Of a stretch of DNA of 64,000 nucleotides, positions 12,801 through 25,568 are shown one piece after another. Source of the DNA: Macrostomum lignano (taxonomy: Eukaryota). How positions within the stretch are numbered: the first letter of the stretch is position 1; the number at the start of each line of letters is the position of its first letter. The notes under the pieces are model-generated. The model was not told the DNA's origin. It did not search any database and was given only the letters and a program-made list of their open reading frames with translations. The stretch spans positions 1-64,000 of the forward strand of contig NIVC01000779.1 of the NCBI GenBank assembly GCA_002269645.1, written 5' to 3'. Made by a program: the position numbers and the translations under genes.

Positions 12801-14312
12801 CGCTTCTTTTATTCTACCATGATGCTTCTTAATTTTTTAAATGACACTTTCATTAGTTTTTAAATGAGGCTTCTATGATTTTTTCATGACGCTTCTATGA
12901 TTTTTACATGACGCTTCTATGATTCTTTACATGACGCTTCTATGATTGTTTACATGACGCTTCTATGATTTTTTAAATGACGTTTTTTTGATTTTTATAT
13001 GACGCTTCTATGATTTTTTACATGACGCTTCTATGATTTTAATATGACGCTTCTATGATTTTTATATGACGCTTCTACGATTTTTACATGACGCTTCTAT
13101 GATTTTTTAAATGACGCTTTTATGATTTTTACATGACGCTTCTATGACTTTTTACATGACGCTTCTACGATTTTTATATGACGCTTCTACGATTTTTTAC
13201 ATGACGCTTCTATAATTGTTTACATGACGCTTCTATGATTGTTTACATGACGCTTCTATGATTCATTACATGACGCTTCTATGATTTTTTACATGACGCT
13301 TCTATGATTGTTTAAATGACGCTTCCATGATTGTTTACATGACGCTTCTATGATTGTTTAAATGACGCTTTTATGATTTTTTAAATGACGCTTCCATGAT
13401 TGTATACATGACGCTTCTATGATTGTTTACATGACGCTTCTATGATTTTTTACATGACGCTTCTTTGATTGTATACATGACGCTTCTATGATTGTTTACA
13501 TGACGCTTCTATGATTTTTTTACATGACGCTTCTATGATTGTTTACATGACGCTTCTATGATTTTTTACATGACGCTTCTATGATTCATTACATGACGCT
13601 TCTATGATTGTTTACATGACGCTTCTATGATTCATTACATGACGCTTCTATGATTTTTTAAATAACGCTTCTATGATTTTTATATGACGCTTCTATGATT
13701 GTTTACATGACGCTTCTATGATTGTTTACATGACGCTTCTATGATTGTTTACATGACGCTTCTATGATTGTTTACATGACGCTTCTATGATTTTTACATG
13801 ACGCTTCTATGATTGTTTATATGACGCTTCTATGATTTTAATATGACGCTTCTATGATTGTTTACATGACGCTTCTATGATTCATTACATGACGCTTCTA
13901 TGATTTTTTACATGACGCTTCTATGATTGCTTAAATGACGCTTCCATGATTGTTTACATGACGCTTCTATGATTGTTTAAATGACGCTTTTATGATTTTT
14001 TAAATGACGCTTCTATGATTGTTTACATGACGCTTCTATGATTTTTTACATGACGCTTCTATGATTGTTTACATGACGCTTCTATGATTGTTTACATGAC
14101 GCTTCTATGATTTTTGACATGACGCTTCTATGATTGTGTACATGACGCTTCTATGATTGTTTACATGACGCTTCTATGATTTTTTACATGACGCTTCTAT
14201 GATTTTTTACATGACGCTTCTATGATTTTTTAAATTACGCTTCTATGATTGTTTACAAGACGCTTCTATGATTGTTTACATGACGCTTCTATGATTCATT
14301 ACATGACGCTTC
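12790..14312. repeat. ~23-bp satellite (ACATGACGCTTCTATGATTGTTT), roughly 65 copies
   Basis: Directly visible tandem array with variable T-run length. Confidence 0.97.
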
Positions 14313-14699
14313 TTTTTAAAATGTCTTTTAGTTTTCCTGACGTTGAAAAGCTTTAATTAAAAAAATTATACTCTATGAAAATTCGAACCATCGTCGCTGC
14401 ATTTAGCAGTTCAGTTTCAACACTTTAAAATCCAAGCATAGAGTAAATCACACGAAGCAGTTATGACATAATCAGTTTCTCAGTCAGTCAGTATCAGTTA
14501 ACAATATGGTTACGCAATCTAAATCAAGTCTGGTGCTACGCTTCCACACTGCATTATTAATTTAAGTCGGAGTTACAATTCAGTTATGATGCAATCTATT
14601 TCAGAATCAGAATTCAACCAGTCAGTTTTTTCTCTAGCATTCTTACAATGCATTTCAAGTCGAAAAGTTTGCTTGACCTTTGCAAAAAAGCATGTTTTT

Positions 14700-14829
14700 C
14701 GAATATTTAATGCCTTTAGCATCGAGCAATTTCTTAGCCACGATGCATGTACAGTCACGGGAAAATTTCTGATCGAACAGTGCAAGTTCGAACAAAATCG
14801 GTCCAGCCATTTTTTCTCTAATCGATCAC

Positions 14830-14862
<33 letters not shown>

Positions 14863-14881
14863 CCATTTTTAGTATATTGGA
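14700..14881 (-). mobile_element. 5' end of a non-autonomous Helitron/Helentron-like element with (TATC)n microsatellite
   Basis: Minus strand reads A|TCCAATATACT...(TATC)n...AAAATGGCTGGACCGATTTTGTTCGAAC, the layout of invertebrate non-autonomous rolling-circle elements; 3' CTRR end and hairpin not located. Confidence 0.45.
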
Positions 14882-17254
14882 TAAGCGCAATTTACAACTT
14901 CATACTAAATGCTAAAATAATTTATTACGTCTATTTTACTGATTCAGTGCGTGAAAATAATTTTCAGATTTTCAAAACGATATAAGTGAAACTTTGTTTT
15001 TCTATGTTTCCTAAAACTTAATTTTACTTTAACCATATTTTAAATGCTTTATACTACATTCTAAGAAAATTATTCAAACTTACTACTACTACTACAAAAA
15101 TGAATGCCTACTAAGAAAATGAAAGCCATAAAAATGAATACCATGAAAACTGCAACTGCTAGAGTTAGGCCTAGTTGGCAATGTTGTATTGATAATATCT
15201 TAGGCCTATCCTTAGGCCTATCAGAGCTTCTCAGCAAGCAGTTTTGGCACACCTACTGGCTTAGCCAGATAATTTTTATTTATGGTGACACTTTGCAAAT
15301 AAAATGCATCATTATACTTAATGTACTAATACTAGGTCAAAATGAGGCAAAAATTAACTGGCTGAATTTCAATCAAAATCTAAGTGGAATTGGTTCTACT
15401 TAGGCCTATTATTATATTAGTTCTATTACTAGCCTAGTTCCGCGCGCTTGTATGCCTGCTCAGTGCTCAGGGGAGTTGGCGGAATGGGCAGTAATGCCTC
15501 TCGCTGGTTATGTGTTGATGTTGCTTAAAGTGCACCAGGGTGCACACACCCCCTGCCTCTAATAAAAAATAGAATTGGTGGTACTATAAATTGGGTGAAA
15601 GTTCTAAGATGTATGCAAGGTGATTTTTGATTTGCCTAGCATGTTGTTTCATGAGTGTAATATTAATATATGCATATGCTGCATATTATTATGCATGTTA
15701 TTCTGCAGTCTTCTGCACAATTTTATGTATCTTATTCCGCACATTTTCTGCATATCTACTTTTTAAATATATGAAAAAATATAGTAATAAAAATATGTTT
15801 TAATATATAATTACTAATAGTAGTAATAGGCCTATGTAACATGACAAAGCTACAAATCTATCTATAAATGGCAGTTCTCTTAATTCAACTTAGGCCTACT
15901 AATAACTGCTTTGTTTCTTTGATTTAAATTTGCTTATTTGTGTATTTTGTTTCATTTTTTGCTAATTAATTATCTGATGTAGGTTTTCAAACACTATAGA
16001 GTCTATAGTATGTTTTGTTCAAGTTTTTTAACCATTACATTAGTGTGATCTTTTCATTGTTGATATTGATAAGTAGTCACTTTTCTCAATTTTTTTCTCT
16101 ATCCTCTTTGCAATGTTGCCTCTGCATACAACTCATTTCTAACTCAATTTATAACTTTGCAATTATAGTAGGCCCTACTCTGTTGCCAAATAGCTAAAAT
16201 AATTAGAGCCTAGAGCCAAATGCCAAAGCTAACAGGGAGTATTAAAAATCCCTTGTTATTACTTTTTAGAAAATGTACCATAAGTCTATCATTATCAAAA
16301 GTATTTAGCTTTTTTAAAATGTTTATATAACTTTAACATCAATTTTTAGTATATTGGAGTGTTATATTTGTGACAAAGTGAACAATAATATAGTTATAAA
16401 GTATGCTATTGCTGAGAATGTATAATTTATTTTTATTTAATTGACAGCCATTTTACAATCAAAAGAGGCAGGCTTTTGTAGTATTTAATGTATAATATAA
16501 TGAAGGAATATCAAGAAGGGCCTTTAGTCTAGCATGTAAAAGATTAAGTTTTTGCAGTATAGACTGTAGTGTATGATTAGTCATAGGACAATAATTGTGC
16601 TTCAAAATAATACATTTTTAAGATACAATGAAAACAAACTTAAGTAATGATTAGATTAGCTATGAATAGATCAGATTAATTAATTAAGATTACATTGAAA
16701 AGTCATAAATATCAATGTTACACTTGAATAATCTATTAAGTATTGGACAGACAGAATTTGACACTGTTATACCTGTCTCTCTTCTTGAAAAATGGCAAGC
16801 TCGAATGTAGAAGCAGTGAAGCACCCAATTCTACTTAGATAATATTGATCAAATGTTCAAGTAAGGCTTTAAAAATATGCGAACAGTAAAAAGCACCAAG
16901 TGTAAATGCAAGATTATTATAGTTCAAGTCATGCATTTAGACTATTAATATTTGGTAGAATAAAACATTGATTAGCAAATAATTAATCATTGCAAAATTT
17001 TCAATAAGATTATTGGCTAGTCAAAATCAGCACAAACACAAATTGCCAACTACTATAAAGTGAGAATAATAATTATATAATACATAGATAGGTTGATAAA
17101 AATAATAGGAGAATTCAGCACATGGGAAGACACTACCGATGCAACAGAGTTGAGAAGGCAAAAATGATACAGAATACATCTGCTGCAGAGTGCAGCCTCC
17201 AATAGGTCATTTTTATTTGATCTGAGAAAGGCTTAGAGGTGAACCATTTGAGAG

Positions 17255-17495
17255 CACAAGAAATGCCTGTAGACAAATTGCCTGTCAAGATTTGCCTTCA
17301 GGAGATTTGCTTGCCAAGAGTTGCCTATTAAGATTTGCCCACAGTGCATTTTGCCACAAGTAAATTGCCTGCTGAGTTTTGCCTATAATGCTTTTTCCTA
17401 CATGCGGGCAAAATGCAATGCGGGCAAATCTCAGTAGGAAAAGCTTGGCAGACAAATCTTGATGGATAATTTGTTTGTGGGCAATTCTCATAGAC
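17255..17495. mobile_element. Foldback/MITE-like element with ATTTGCC/GGCAAAT subterminal repeats
   Basis: GTAGACAAATTGCCTGTCAAGATTTG (~17270) is inverted relative to CAAATCTTGATGGATAATTTGTTTG (~17455); a second right-end copy CAAATCTTGATGAGCAATTTGTCTAC lies at ~18065. Confidence 0.5.
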
Positions 17496-19774
17496 TTTAA
17501 CCATTCCATGGCCTAACTTGTTATGTTTGAATTGGGTTTCAATGATTTGTTATATATTTATACTAGCATACTGCATGTTAACAAGTTAGCACAGTAGAAT
17601 CCCATACAATAGAAATAACCCCAATGTTGTACGATGAAAGATGAGTTGGTAGATGATGCAATCAGACTGAGAGTGAGTGACAATTAAATGTGTGATGCAT
17701 AGCATACTTTAAATTTACCCCCAAGCACTGGTGTGCGCCTGCCATAACACCCCCTCCCTACATGGGATTCTGAATCATATGTCAAGTTCAAAAGTTAATT
17801 CAAGCTCAGTTGTTGACTCTTGCCTCAATCTGGATACCGCATTGGTGGCCGACACACATGGTTCAATCTCCATGGCATCGGCTAGGCGTCCAGTGGTTGG
17901 CAGCAGGACTAGCATTCTGCCTGGCTAGTTCAGTTAGGTCCATAGTGGTCCCCAGGCCTTTATCATCGCTGCTTGCAGTGTCACGACCCTCTTGCTCAGT
18001 CAGGATGCAGCGACATAGATGCCAACGCTTGCCATTCTCAAGTAGACAAAAGATCAAGACAAAACAAATCTTGATGAGCAATTTGTCTACAAGCAATTCT
18101 CATGGACCCAAACCATTCCATGGCCTATATGGTCTAGGAGCAAAATGTCTATGGCTGAAACAATGTATGCGTAAAACAACTGGTTAACATAAATAATGAA
18201 TTATATATTATATAAAAATTTAGTTATCTACTAAAATATGCAATTAAAAAGATAGTTTAACTTATTCTCTTATATTTTTCTAATTTAAATCTTATAACAA
18301 TTATCAAATTTAGAAATTCAGAAAAAGAACTTTGAAATATAGATATATCCACATATATAGATATATGTGGAAATTGCAATGAAAGTATATATTCATTTAA
18401 AATATAAAAGTAGCCTTGACTCGTTTATATAATTTGTTTTAATTAACCTGTTCTTTCAACTATATAGCTAACTCTTCTTATAACATAACAACCTCAAATA
18501 TTATGCTTGACTATAGATATGTTTTGTGCATAGTGTAGGAAAGGCCATAGGATTTAGGAAAATGTTTTTTTTTCATTGAAAATTCAATAAACATTTAACC
18601 TAGAGCAAAGCAAAGCAGGGCAAGATGGGGCAAGGATAGGTCAAGGCAGGGCAAAGCAAGGCAGGTCTACTAGGTCCAAGACAGTGGGATATAGGGAATA
18701 GCAAAGTGGTTGACTAGACTGGCATGCTAGAACCAAGCCATGTTGCTTATTTGTTGGCTAATCTTATAATATGGATCTGGATAAAAATGACTAAATGAAT
18801 AAATTGGACCTTAGGGCAAGTCAGAAATTGTAACTAGGCCTTTTTCAAGACATCAAGGTTAATTTTTAGTCTGATTTACAAGGAATTGGGGCATTGGGGC
18901 AGATTTTGAGTTTTGGGACATCAAGGCAGAAACTTTTTTGGTCTTAAATATATTCCAAGGCATGTATGCCATGATCTGGGCTATAGGCCCTATTATAATG
19001 GTTCCTAAAGATTTTCCTAGGTGATTTTGGCAAGAGGTTTTGACAATTGCAACAGGATCTATCAAAGCAGGTTTTATTGATAAAACTTGCAATGGTAACT
19101 CAATGACAATCAATGGCAATGGCAACTAAGGAGTTTTGAAAGTAGGGACTACTTAAAGTAGTTCTGCATTATTGTACTTTTAATCTCCTATTCTCCTTAC
19201 AATCTGCTAATAGCTTTTGTTTATATCCCTGCAGCCTTAGCCTTCTATTCACTAGCCTGCATGTTTAAAAGAGTACTAAATCAGAGCAGGACAACTGGGT
19301 TATGATCTTCAACTGACAAATATCTTAGCTACAGATATTACTACTTGCAAATGAATGATTGAATTATTGCAAAGCAGGATCAGGATCCTGGTGGTCAATT
19401 TTGGGATTTTTGAATCCTATACAATTGTGATCCTGGGTTTAGGATTATTATTAGGGATTTTTTTGTTTATTCCATAAACAGCTCGTAATTTGTTTTTTGT
19501 TTTTTAACTGCCTTTGTTTTTTATAAAAAATACTCAAAATTTGTTCAAAATTTGTTATGTATATATATATTTCACCTGTCTTTTGCATGCTAATCTCAAA
19601 AGTTTATTGTAAATTGGCTCAGCTGGTATCAGAAATCATGTAAACAAATGCCTGCATCACAATCATCATCAGCAGCATACTACTGTTAACTCATAGTAGT
19701 TGAAAGCGCTAATCAAGTGGATTTCTAATTGTCTTCATTAAATTTTATTAGCCATTAGCAGAGTCCAGTCCCAC

Positions 19775-20224
19775 ATGCTTCGGTCTATCCGACTACTTCA
19801 CCGCGGCTCATCGATGGAGGCGACCTCATCGCCGCCTCGGCCTCTCCTGACCTCCATGGTGAAGAATGGCATACTGATCCTAGTGTTCTATGGCTTCTCC
19901 ATCACATTGACATTCTGCAATAAGAAGTACATCACAATGTATCCGTATCCACTGTCCATGACTATCTGCCATCTGTTAGTGAAGTTCTGCTTGGCTTGGC
20001 TGCTCCGCTCCCTGCTGCAATGGTGGCGCCAGACGCCACGGCCCGAGCTGCCTTGGCGACCGTATATTAAGCGGGTAGCGCTGACTGGCGTGGCCGGCTC
20101 GTTAGACATTGGCCTGTCTAATTGGAGCTTCGAGTTCATCTCGATATCGCTGTACACGATGACTAAGTCTAGCGCTGTCGTGTTCATTCTATTGTTTGCC
20201 ATTGTCTTTCGAATTGAAGAGCGG
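19775..20224 (+). CDS. SLC35C2: SLC35C2-like nucleotide-sugar transporter (TPT/DMT family), coding exon 1
   Basis: FYGFSITLTFCNK...YPLSMTICHL...DIGLSNWSFEFISISLYTMTKSSAVVFILLFAIVFRIEE; ends at phase-0 GTGAGT donor (20225); AG acceptor at 19760-19761 just upstream of the ATG. Confidence 0.92.
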
Positions 20225-20544
20225 GTGAGTTCGATTGAGCTTCTTCTGTTAACTAATTGGCTTATTAAACTTCTAGATTATGAATACTGATCCAGTAGCG
20301 TTTCCCAATTGCAGTGAGGTAGATATTATCGAGTATGCAATTAATATTCAATTAAAGGCAGGTAAAAAAGGAATTAACCGCTTTTGTGTTTAATTTTTTT
20401 CATATTATTACCTGGTGTGATTTGTGTTTTAATGTCTGCCCATACTTTATAATAATGAAAAACTAATTGAATTCGAAACAGGCTCACAAGTATCTTTGTT
20501 GAGAGCATCTTAGCGTATAGGTTTTGAATATTGCGAGAAGAAAG

Positions 20545-21225
20545 GATCCCCACAGATGATCTGACCATATATGGAAGCAGGGATTTCCCACAGTTTTTAT
20601 TATTTTTGGAATCAGGTATTCCCCACAGATTCTCTGATTATTCATGGAATCAGGGATTCCTTACAGATTCTCTGATTATTCATGGAATCAGGGATTCCTT
20701 ACAGATTCTCTGACCATATATAGAAGCAGGGATTTCCCAAAGATTCTCTGACCATATATGGAAGCAAAGGATTCCCCACAGATTCTCAGACCATATATGG
20801 AAGCAGGGATTCCCCACAGATTCTCAGACGATATATGGAAGCAGGGATTTCCCACAGATTCTCTGACCATATATGGAAGCAGGGATTCCCCACCGATTCT
20901 CTGATCATATATAGTAGCAAAGGATTTCCCACAGATTCTCTGACCATAGATGGAAGCAGGGATTCCCCACAGGTTCTCTGACCTATATGGAAGCAGGATT
21001 CCCCACCGATTCTCTGATCATATATAGTAGCAAAGGATTTCCCACAGATTCTCAGACCATATATGGAAGCAGGGATTCCCCACAGGTTCTCTGACAATAT
21101 ATGGAAGCATGGATTCCCCACAGGTTCTCTGACCATATATGGAAGCATGGATTCCCCACAGGTTCTCTGACCATATCTGGAAGCAAAGGATTCTCCAAAG
21201 GTTCTCTGACCATATATGAAAGCAG
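20545..21225. repeat. ~38-40-bp intronic minisatellite (ACCATATATGGAAGCAGGGATTCCCCACAGATTCTCTG)
   Basis: About 16 tandem copies within SLC35C2 intron 1. Confidence 0.93.
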
Positions 21226-21689
21226 TGATTGTGCTGTTGCTAACGTTCTTTAGTTTAAGTAAAAATTGAGTACAGTGGAAAACTTTCTCTTTAAATTCTA
21301 ATCATAATAGTCTGCTTTTTTGTTACTGCTTTTGTCAACCTCAGCATAAAACCCTGAGAAGTAAACTAGGCGGTAAGTTACAATTAATGATATATTCTTT
21401 ACTACATAGATAGATAGATTGCTGGTATATTAAAGTAGGGCATTAGTATGGTTATTGTTTTCATCAAACCTTTGCCTTGTTCCACTAAACAGTTGTGCGC
21501 ATACAAGCATAAAAAAGATTTGGTTCCTGCATTAAAGAATCGAAACTAATCCAAGCCAGTCGCAAGCTTTCGCGCGCTTAGTTGAGAAAACCTGCATTCA
21601 ATTGAAGAATGGTGGCTTCAAGTGATCAGTCGCTGATTAAACAAACGGGATATCGTCAACAGAGCCAACCCCTGTCATCTTCACAGTGG

Positions 21690-22090
21690 CGCTTTCATAA
21701 ATCCGAAATTTCACAATGCTGGAACTTCACAGTCTCGAAATTTTATAAACTTGAATTTTCACAACGCCAGGATTTCACATCAAAAATAAAAAAATCAGCA
21801 TACTTAAAAAACTCGAATTTTCACAAACCCCAAATTTCAGAAAGTCGAATAGTCTCCTATCTCTCCAGTGTATTTCGACGTTGTGAACTTTATGGTTTGT
21901 GAAAATTCGGGTTTGTGACGACCCACCTCTCCAGTGTATTTTGACATTGTGAACTTTCGGGTTTGTGAAGACTCACCTTTCCAGTGTATTTCGACATTGT
22001 TAACTTTCTGGTTTGTGAAAATTCGGGTTTGTTAAGACTCCCATCTCTTCAGTGTATTTCGACATTGTGAACTTTCGGGTTTGTGAAGCG
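21690..22090. mobile_element. Palindromic foldback element built of short subrepeats
   Basis: GAATTTTCACAAACCCCAAATTTCAGAAAGTCGAATA (~21815-21851) is inverted relative to TATTTCGACGTTGTGAACTTTATGGTTTGTGAAAATTC (~21871-21908); the right arm is reiterated about 4 times. Confidence 0.5.
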
Positions 22091-23124
22091 ACTCCTTTCA
22101 CAGACACCCTGCCCCAGCGTTGCAGCCGATCAGCTCTCACTGTCACCTTGAACCTGCGCCTGATCATATACTCCTACACTGTCTTCAGTCTGATGTCTAG
22201 CATCTTACCTCTCTCGATAGTCGCAATGACCAACGCGTATACTTCACATTCGAAATTCTGTGGCAGGTATGAGTGGATTTTGACAGCGCTAGTCTTGAAT
22301 CGTGCGAAAATTTTCTCAAATCGAATGCAAGTTTTCTCAACTAGCTATACTAGCGGAATTATTTTCCTCTATATGAGATGGATGCAGCTAGACTTTGAGC
22401 CAATATAGCGGTCAATGATGACTGATATGTGCATTTGTTATATAATTTTTCCTGTGTACATTTTCTAATAAATCTGTGCTTGTATCCCTGTGAGTAGACT
22501 GGTCCAGTTGCGATTTTTGCTGTTTAGGAACAGAAATACAGCCGATTTTCGCCCTAATTACCCTAATCTCCTACTCAAGCTGAATAAAATTTTTATTGCT
22601 CACTTAGAAACCTTGGTAGACAAAAATTTGATGCTACTGTTACATTTGGTAGAGCTGCTTATTTAGCACACGAGAAATTATTACAGATGAAATGCTTTTA
22701 TGGTAGTTATGGTTTAGACAGAGTAGACAGTCTGACTTCTCGCGCCACGACCCCCTGAATCTGATTTGATTGGACGAGAGATGGGGTGGATGAACTGATT
22801 GGTCACTTAGACAGAGAGTATGATGTACATTGATTGCGCGTGGCGAGGGACAGTTGAATTGACCATTAGATATTAGACTAGCAAAATCTAGTGCTCCCCC
22901 TTCTGGGCGCCCAATAATCAAGGGACAAAAATTATTAACGTGATGAATCCTGTTTTCTTTGACACCTAAACAATTCCCCCCCCGTAAGCCTTGACCTCTC
23001 AGCAATTCCTGAGTCAAGTACGAGTAAGCCTTGACTTGCGTCAGAGCGCCCTCCTGAGAATGCTGATTTCACTATACCAGCAACTGAAAGCAATATTGCA
23101 ACACGCCGCCTCATCCAAACGCAG

Positions 23125-23553
23125 CGCTGGTCTCTGATAGCCGTAGTGCTGCTCATCTCAACCGGGCTGCTGTTATTCACTTACAAGAGTACGCAGTTTC
23201 ACACTGGCGGATTCCTGCTCGTACTATTGGCCTCGTTTGTGTCCGGCGCCAGGTGGACAGCGGCTCAGGTTGCTACGCAACGGGCAGAATTAGGCTTAGC
23301 CAATCCCGTTGACATGATCTATCATGTGCAGCCCTGGATGATCCTGGCACTGCTGCCTCTGGCCGTGGTGTTTGAAGGCGTCGAAGTCGGCACCACGGCG
23401 AACGCTTTTCGGGCCGACTCCGCCGAGGCGGCTCTGCGCACCCTGGGTGCCCTCACTGGCGGAGCCCTGCTGGCCTTCGGGCTGGAGTTCTCCGAGTACC
23501 TGCTCATCCACCACACCAGCTCGCTCACGCTGTCCGTGTCCGGCATATTCAAG
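23125..23553 (+). CDS. SLC35C2: SLC35C2-like, coding exon 2
   Basis: CAG acceptor, phase 0; RWSLIAVVLLISTGLLLFTYKSTQF..GGFLLVLLASFVSGARW...ELGLANPVDMIYHVQP...SSLTLSVSGIFK followed by GTAATC donor. Confidence 0.95.
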
Positions 23554-23565
23554 GTAATCATATTC

Positions 23566-23962
23566 ACTGACTGACTGACTGACTGACTGACTGACTGACT
23601 GACTGACTGACTGACTGACTGACTGACTGACTGACTGACTGACTGACTGACTGACTGACTGACTGACTGACTGACTGACTGACTGACTGACTGACTGACT
23701 GACTGACTGACTGACTGACTGACTGACTGACTGACTGACTGACTGACTGACTGACTGACTGACTGACTGACTGACTGACTGACTGACTGACTGACTGACT
23801 GACTGACTGACTGACTGACTGACTGACTGACTGACTGACTGACTGACTGACTGACTGACTGACTGACTGACTGACTGACTGACTGACTGACTGACTGACT
23901 GACTGACTGACTGACTGACTGACTGACTGACTGACTGACTGACTGACTGACTGACTGACTGA
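23566..23962. repeat. (GACT)n microsatellite, ~99 units, in SLC35C2 intron 2
   Basis: Perfect tetranucleotide tract starting 12 nt after the donor. Confidence 0.99.
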
Positions 23963-24160
23963 AAAAAATAGAAGAGAGACAATGGCCTGAAAGACCTGCG
24001 TTAACTGGGTCCCTTGTGGGCCACACTGTGTTCTTACTTCTAAAGCTAGAATGTGTTAGTGAGTGCCTAAATAAGTGAATTTCTATCTTTAATGCTCAAA
24101 TTTATCAAATTATAATGGCAAGAAAACTGTAATGTTTGTTTAATTCTCTTCAATTCCCAG

Positions 24161-24290
24161 GAGATCTGCACTATCTATCTGGCGTCGCAGATCCACTCGG
24201 ACCCAATCACTGTGGTTAATTGGATTGGCATGTTCACCTGTTTAAGCGGCATCGGGCTGCACTGCGTACTGAAATTTGGTCGCCAAGCGC
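24161..24290 (+). CDS. SLC35C2: SLC35C2-like, coding exon 3 (may instead read through to TGA at 24335-24337)
   Basis: TTCCCAG acceptor; EICTIYLASQIHSDPITVVNWIGMFTCLSGIGLHCVLK matches the last TM segments (human [38 protein letters not shown]); GTGAGT donor at 24291. Confidence 0.9.
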
Positions 24291-24570
24291 GTGAGTTACA
24301 TTCAATGCAACACGAATTCTTGGAAGATTTCCCGTGAAAAAAACTAGTGCACTTTTATTTCTAGTTTATTGTATGGTTTCTACAAGGACTACTCAAGTAG
24401 AAGGATGGGAAACTGTTTCAGGTTTTGCTGAAACATACGCTATGGAGATGAGAGGTTTTCATTTTTCAGCACAAAAATTATTGCTTTTGATGGGAGGCAG
24501 ACCCAATGTTCATCTTTTAATGACTTGCCTTTCTTATGACTTTATGGATATTCATAAAGCTTTTCGTTTA

Positions 24571-24866
24571 GGTGGTTGTAGCCTGGTGGTTAGAACGTCG
24601 GACTCACGATTTGAAGGTCCGGAGTTCGATTCCCGATCCCACTGGAACAATTTGTGCCCTTGAGCAAGACACTTAACTCTGAATTGCTTCAGTTCACCCA
24701 GCTGTAAAATGGGTGCCAGCATTAGCTGGGATAATTGAGGGTGTGTGTGGCGACCTCCCAGCCCTTGGACTGAACAGCCGTACGCAGCCTTCAGATGCGC
24801 CGCGCAATAGCTGCGGCTGAGCTGTCGGTTGCACATCTGGACATTAAGGTGTAATCAATCAATCAA
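24571..24866 (+). mobile_element. tRNA-derived SINE with conserved central domain and (ATCA)n tail
   Basis: A box TAGCCTGGTGG, B box GAGTTCGATTCC, then GTGCCCTTGAGCAAGACACTTAAC and CACCCAGCTGTAAAATGGGTGCC (resembles Deu/Nin/Meta-type SINE cores), ending in ATCAATCAATCAA. Confidence 0.85.
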
Positions 24867-25539
24867 TTCTATGTTAATTTTATATCAAACGCACATTCGG
24901 ACATGTACTGTGCCTAAAATCATAAAAATGGCACAGCTCGACACAGGTGTTTTGTGAATCAATTTTATTATTCTTAGCTTAATTACAGTGTGTAGCAAAA
25001 TGCTAATAAATCATTAGTTAGTAGGCAAAATATATGTTTAAGTAAAGGATAACGCAGATTTGCTTTTCCGCTACTCTTAGTAGCTTTTGTGCCGGAAATG
25101 TTATAGGGTTGTGGGGATTTCCCATGCCATAAGTACTCCATGTTTATGTTCACAGATGACTCAAAATTAACAATTCATAGAAATCTTAAAACTTAGAAAA
25201 TCTCGATAACTAAAACTAAGTTTCGCGTCCTACTTAAATCGTTCTTAGATTCTTAGCCTTCAAAACTATTCGAATTCTTCGCTAATCCAATTTTCAGGCC
25301 TGGAGATTCGCAGCGCTCGAACAATTACTTCGCTGGCTAAAGTTGTAGGCTATTTAGCAATTTTATTGATTATCGCCAATCTGCTACTTGGGTGAGTAGT
25401 ATGCTAAATGCTAATAATTTGATCGGTTAGCTATATTTAGATGCTTAAAAGTCTATGTTAGTTATATACACGTTCTCGTATTGCACCTTAGAAATCGTAA
25501 AGTACTACTAATGCATTAAATCTCCCTCTCCATTTGCAG

Positions 25540-25568
25540 CATCATCTAGTTGTCCGCACGATCTGTGA
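25540..25568 (+). CDS. SLC35C2: Possible short terminal exon of the SLC35C2-like gene (..PSSSCPHDL*)
   Basis: Pyrimidine tract TCTCCCTCTCCATTTGCAG; phase-1 join with exon 3 gives an open frame ending in TGA; no homology support. Confidence 0.3.

Noticed and set aside
23296-24026. 228-234-aa (SQSV)n ORFs on the minus strand
   Set aside because: Translation of a (GACT)n microsatellite lying in an intron of a plus-strand gene.
24571-24645. tRNA gene
   Set aside because: A and B boxes are present, but there is no convincing acceptor stem or terminator and the sequence continues into a SINE body and tail.
25130-25200. FMFTDDSKL resembling the CR1 reverse-transcriptase FADDTKL motif
   Set aside because: Single short motif; the flanking sequence gave no further RT similarity.
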